Of a stretch of DNA of 47,782 nt, positions 44,298 through 47,782 are shown one piece after another. Origin of the DNA: Anaeromyces robustus (Eukaryota). The notes below the pieces were generated by a model. It ran no database searches, was not told the DNA's origin, and saw only the letters and a list, made by a program, of their open reading frames with translations. Position 1 is the first letter of the stretch; every line of letters starts with the position of its first letter. The position numbers and the translations under genes were made by a program. Where the stretch lies: the NCBI GenBank assembly GCA_002104895.1, contig MCFG01000466.1, forward strand, positions 1 through 47,782. The letters are read 5' to 3'.

Positions 44298-45013
44298 TTA
44301 ATATATCAATATATATTATTTATAAAAAACTTTTTTTACTATAAAAAAAAATATTTATTATATTTTGTAAATTGAAATACAGTACTATCTATTTTTTATA
44401 TATCCAATGTAAACTATTAATTTTCATGATTATCTTTAATATAATACCAAAATAATTTTTTTTTATTTGTTTTACAAATAAAAAAAAAATTATTATTAAT
44501 AAAAATCAATAAAAAATCAATAAAATTTATGTAAATACAATATAAAATAATAAATATATATATTAAATACAAAAAATAGAATTATTATGTTTTTATTAAA
44601 AAATTATAATTTTTATTAATAATTTTTTTTCCAATTTTTATTAAGTAATCTTTTTTTTTTTTTTTTTTTTTTTTTTTTCAATTTTTATTAAAAAAATTTT
44701 TTTAAATATAAAAATAATTTAATAAAAATTGATTTTCTTTCTCTTTTTACATTTTTTTTTTACATTTTTTCTCATTTTTTATATGTTTTTGAAATTGTTT
44801 ACATATATAAAATTACTGATATTATTAAAAAAAATATTAATAAACCTAATGCTTAATTATGTAAATAATAATATAATAATCACATATATCAAATAAAAAT
44901 TTATTTTTTTATTTGATACTTAAATTTTAATATGATTATAAACATATAAGAGTATATAATACTTAATGCTAGCACTAAGACTTTTTTTTTAATTGTATAC
45001 TTCTTATATTTAC

Positions 45014-46990
45014 TTAATTTTTAGTTACTTTACCATCTTTCACAGAATAAATACCTGGAGAATTAATAGTATAATCGTTTCCATTATTGTTATCCCAATT
45101 ACCATTACCATTGTTGAATACAAAGGTTAAAGAAGAGGCATTAATAGTAATTTGTTGACTATCATTATTAAGTGATTTCATAGAAACACCTGGTGGATTA
45201 GTCCATGAATTAGAATCAGACTTATAATGAATATAAGCTGGATTCCAACTAGTATAATAATTGATAGTTATTGAATTAGATTGATATTGATTTTGATATC
45301 CATTAGAATTATATAATCCATTACTTTTAATGGAAAAACCTTCTTGATTAGGTCCTGGAACTTGATTAGTTTTATCATTAAAGATAATATATCCACCTTC
45401 ATAAGCATTACTGAAAGATATTGAATAAATTGAATTATCAATATTTTTCATAGTATTTCCTGGCCATTTAGAAAGTTCACTAACAACCTTTCCTTTAACA
45501 TCATAAATATAGGTATAAATTGTACTACTCCAAGAACTTGGTTTTTTGAAATAAATGGTGATATTTGAAGATCCATTATTAGATCCATTATTATTAGATC
45601 CATTATTATTAGATCCAGAATTTTGATATAAAACGGTGACAGAACGAGATGGAAGAGTACCAGTAATAACACCATTTGAAACTTTAAATTTATTATTATT
45701 ATTAGTTTGGTTTTCATAATCACCATTTTTTAAATTTGTAATATTGTTTAAATAAGTATCTTGATAATTAAGATTAATGATAACAAGACCTTTAGTACCA
45801 CGTTCAATCATAAGAATTTTATTACTATTATTTCCATTTCTTAAATATTCATTTTCACCTTCCATAGCATTACGGAAAAGATTTACAGCTCTAACTTCAT
45901 CATTTTTATATAAGGAATCACCTTCGTCACCAATTTGAGATCTATTTGGGAATCTATTATCATAAGATGTACCACCACCACCAACAGGTCTTGAGAAGAA
46001 TAATGGAGTAGTAGAAGCTCTAGCAGCAAGAAGTGCCCATGATAATTTAATTTGTTCATTTGTTAACCAAGTAGATTCTCTTTCATTATTAGAATAATTA
46101 TCATGAGATTCAACCCATGTAATTAGTTTATTACTATTTACATTTTTACTATAATTCATAATTTTTCCAGTACTAAAGTCATTATTACTAATAGCTTCTC
46201 TGAGAGTGTAACCATATTGAGAAGCAGTAATTTTCATATAATTAGCATAAGAACTATCTCTTGAAGCACTATCGGAAAGAATTTCACCATATTGAAATTC
46301 AGCACCATTATTTAAAATCACTGGCCAGAAGTTACTTTCAAAACCATAATCATCAGGTAATTCAATATGTTTAGCAGCATCATATCTAAAACCAGCAGCA
46401 CCATCAGCAATAGCTCTTTTTAAAAAATCTAAAACTTTTTGTTGAATTGTAGAATGTTGAGTATTAATATCATATAAACCAAGTAATGCTCTTTGAGTGA
46501 CTTGATATCTATTATTCCAATCGGTAATACCAGCATTATCATTATGGAAATAATTTGAATTTCTAAGAGAAGAATCAATAGAATTCCAATCACTTGTCAT
46601 ATGATTTAATACAGCATCTACAATAATTTTAATACCGTATTGTTTAGCAGCATTACATAAAGATTTAAATTCATCTTCCGAACCTAATTGATAATTTCCA
46701 ATATTATAACTTACAGGTTGATAATGGAAATACCAATTTTTTAAATCTTTTGCACCATCAAAACCAGCTAAACAAGTTTGAATTGGAGAAGTTTGAACAG
46801 CAGTATAACCAGCATTTTTAATTTCAGGTAATTTTTCTCTTATAGTATTGAAAGACCAACAAAAAGCATGAAGAATTGTACCATGTTCAATAGAATTAGC
46901 ATGATATTTAATATCTTGAGCTTGAATTGATATTAAATGACCAAAAATTAAAAAAAAGAAATATAAAATTTGAGAGTTAAAGAATCTCAT
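45014..46990 (-). CDS. Secreted GH13 alpha-amylase paralog with CBM26-like and CBM25-like modules, 658 aa, intronless
   Basis: Same signal peptide type and catalytic motifs (GFRYDAAKH, FQYGEIL, WVESHD) as 35090-37165, with a shorter (GSNNN)n linker. Confidence 0.92.
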   Translation of the reverse strand: MRFFNSQILYFFFLIFGHLISIQAQDIKYHANSIEHGTILHAFCWSFNTIREKLPEIKNAGYTAVQTSPIQTCLAGFDGAKDLKNWYFHYQPVSYNIGNYQLGSEDEFKSLCNAAKQYGIKIIVDAVLNHMTSDWNSIDSSLRNSNYFHNDNAGITDWNNRYQVTQRALLGLYDINTQHSTIQQKVLDFLKRAIADGAAGFRYDAAKHIELPDDYGFESNFWPVILNNGAEFQYGEILSDSASRDSSYANYMKITASQYGYTLREAISNNDFSTGKIMNYSKNVNSNKLITWVESHDNYSNNERESTWLTNEQIKLSWALLAARASTTPLFFSRPVGGGGTSYDNRFPNRSQIGDEGDSLYKNDEVRAVNLFRNAMEGENEYLRNGNNSNKILMIERGTKGLVIINLNYQDTYLNNITNLKNGDYENQTNNNNKFKVSNGVITGTLPSRSVTVLYQNSGSNNNGSNNNGSNNGSSNITIYFKKPSSWSSTIYTYIYDVKGKVVSELSKWPGNTMKNIDNSIYSISFSNAYEGGYIIFNDKTNQVPGPNQEGFSIKSNGLYNSNGYQNQYQSNSITINYYTSWNPAYIHYKSDSNSWTNPPGVSMKSLNNDSQQITINASSLTFVFNNGNGNWDNNNGNDYTINSPGIYSVKDGKVTKN

Positions 46991-47782
46991 TTTGCTTTTT
47001 TTATTTTTATTATTTTTCGTATTTTTTTTTTTTTTTTTTTGAATAAAAATGAAAACGAAAACAAAAAGTATTTACAATTCAGTATATTAATATGATGATA
47101 GATAAATTTTTTTATGAAATTTTATTTACTAATCTAAGCTTTTAAAAATTTCATTAAAATATTTTGGTTTATTATTTACAAATAATTAATAACTTTTTTT
47201 TTTCTAAAAAAAAAAGGTTTAATAATAAAATCGAATTAGTAAAAAAGAGAAAAGAAGTATCCAATAAATATAAAAATTTATACTATTTTTATATTTATTT
47301 ATATACAATTATTAGGATTAATATTTTTTTTAGAGAAAAAAAAAAAAGATGCTGAAAAATCCTTTAATTTATATAAAAATGAATGATATAAAAAAAACAA
47401 TGATAATATAATTTTGAGAATATTATTATTTTATGTTTAATATTATATTATCATTGTAAAAATTACTTTATTATCTTAAAAATATTAATCAAGTATATAA
47501 TTGAGATTGAAATTATATCTAGATGAAAAATTATATAAATGAAAAGACTTTATAATAATTAAAAAAAAGAGGTTGAAAAATATATTATTTTATATATTTT
47601 TTTGTATTTAATTTTATATGCAACTTTAATTATTATTAAATTAAAAAGTTTCCTGGATAAAAAAATGGTATGACATTTCATATATATAAAAAAAATTTTT
47701 TTTTTAATTTAAAATAATAATTTAATTAATTAATAAAACGTTTTATGATGTGGGAATACATAAAGTTTCTAATAAGATTTTT

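Overview
Extremely AT-rich eukaryotic DNA with GT-AG introns and long (AAT)n/(TAAA)n microsatellites. The composition and gene set fit an anaerobic gut fungus (Neocallimastigomycota); this assignment is an inference. The window holds the 3' part of a BRO1/ALIX ESCRT gene and three intact pyruvate formate-lyase (PFL) genes. Each PFL starts with a 7-nt coding exon (ATGCAAG), giving a 733-aa protein with no N-terminal presequence. A fourth, heavily decayed PFL is split into two oppositely oriented halves. There are two intronless secreted Firmicutes-type GH13 alpha-amylases with CBM26- and CBM25-like modules. A 4-exon gene with a 5-nt micro-exon encodes a bacterial/phage-like helix-turn-helix-type domain fused to an Asn-rich tail. 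Also present: a frameshifted intronless bacterial-looking ORF, a Mutator-like MITE with a 9-bp TSD upstream of PFL-2, tandem satellites (51, 182 and ~300 bp) and several perfect AT-rich hairpins. The best candidate 'system' is a duplicated starch-degradation/fermentation (amylase + cytosolic PFL) neighbourhood with an embedded putative regulator.
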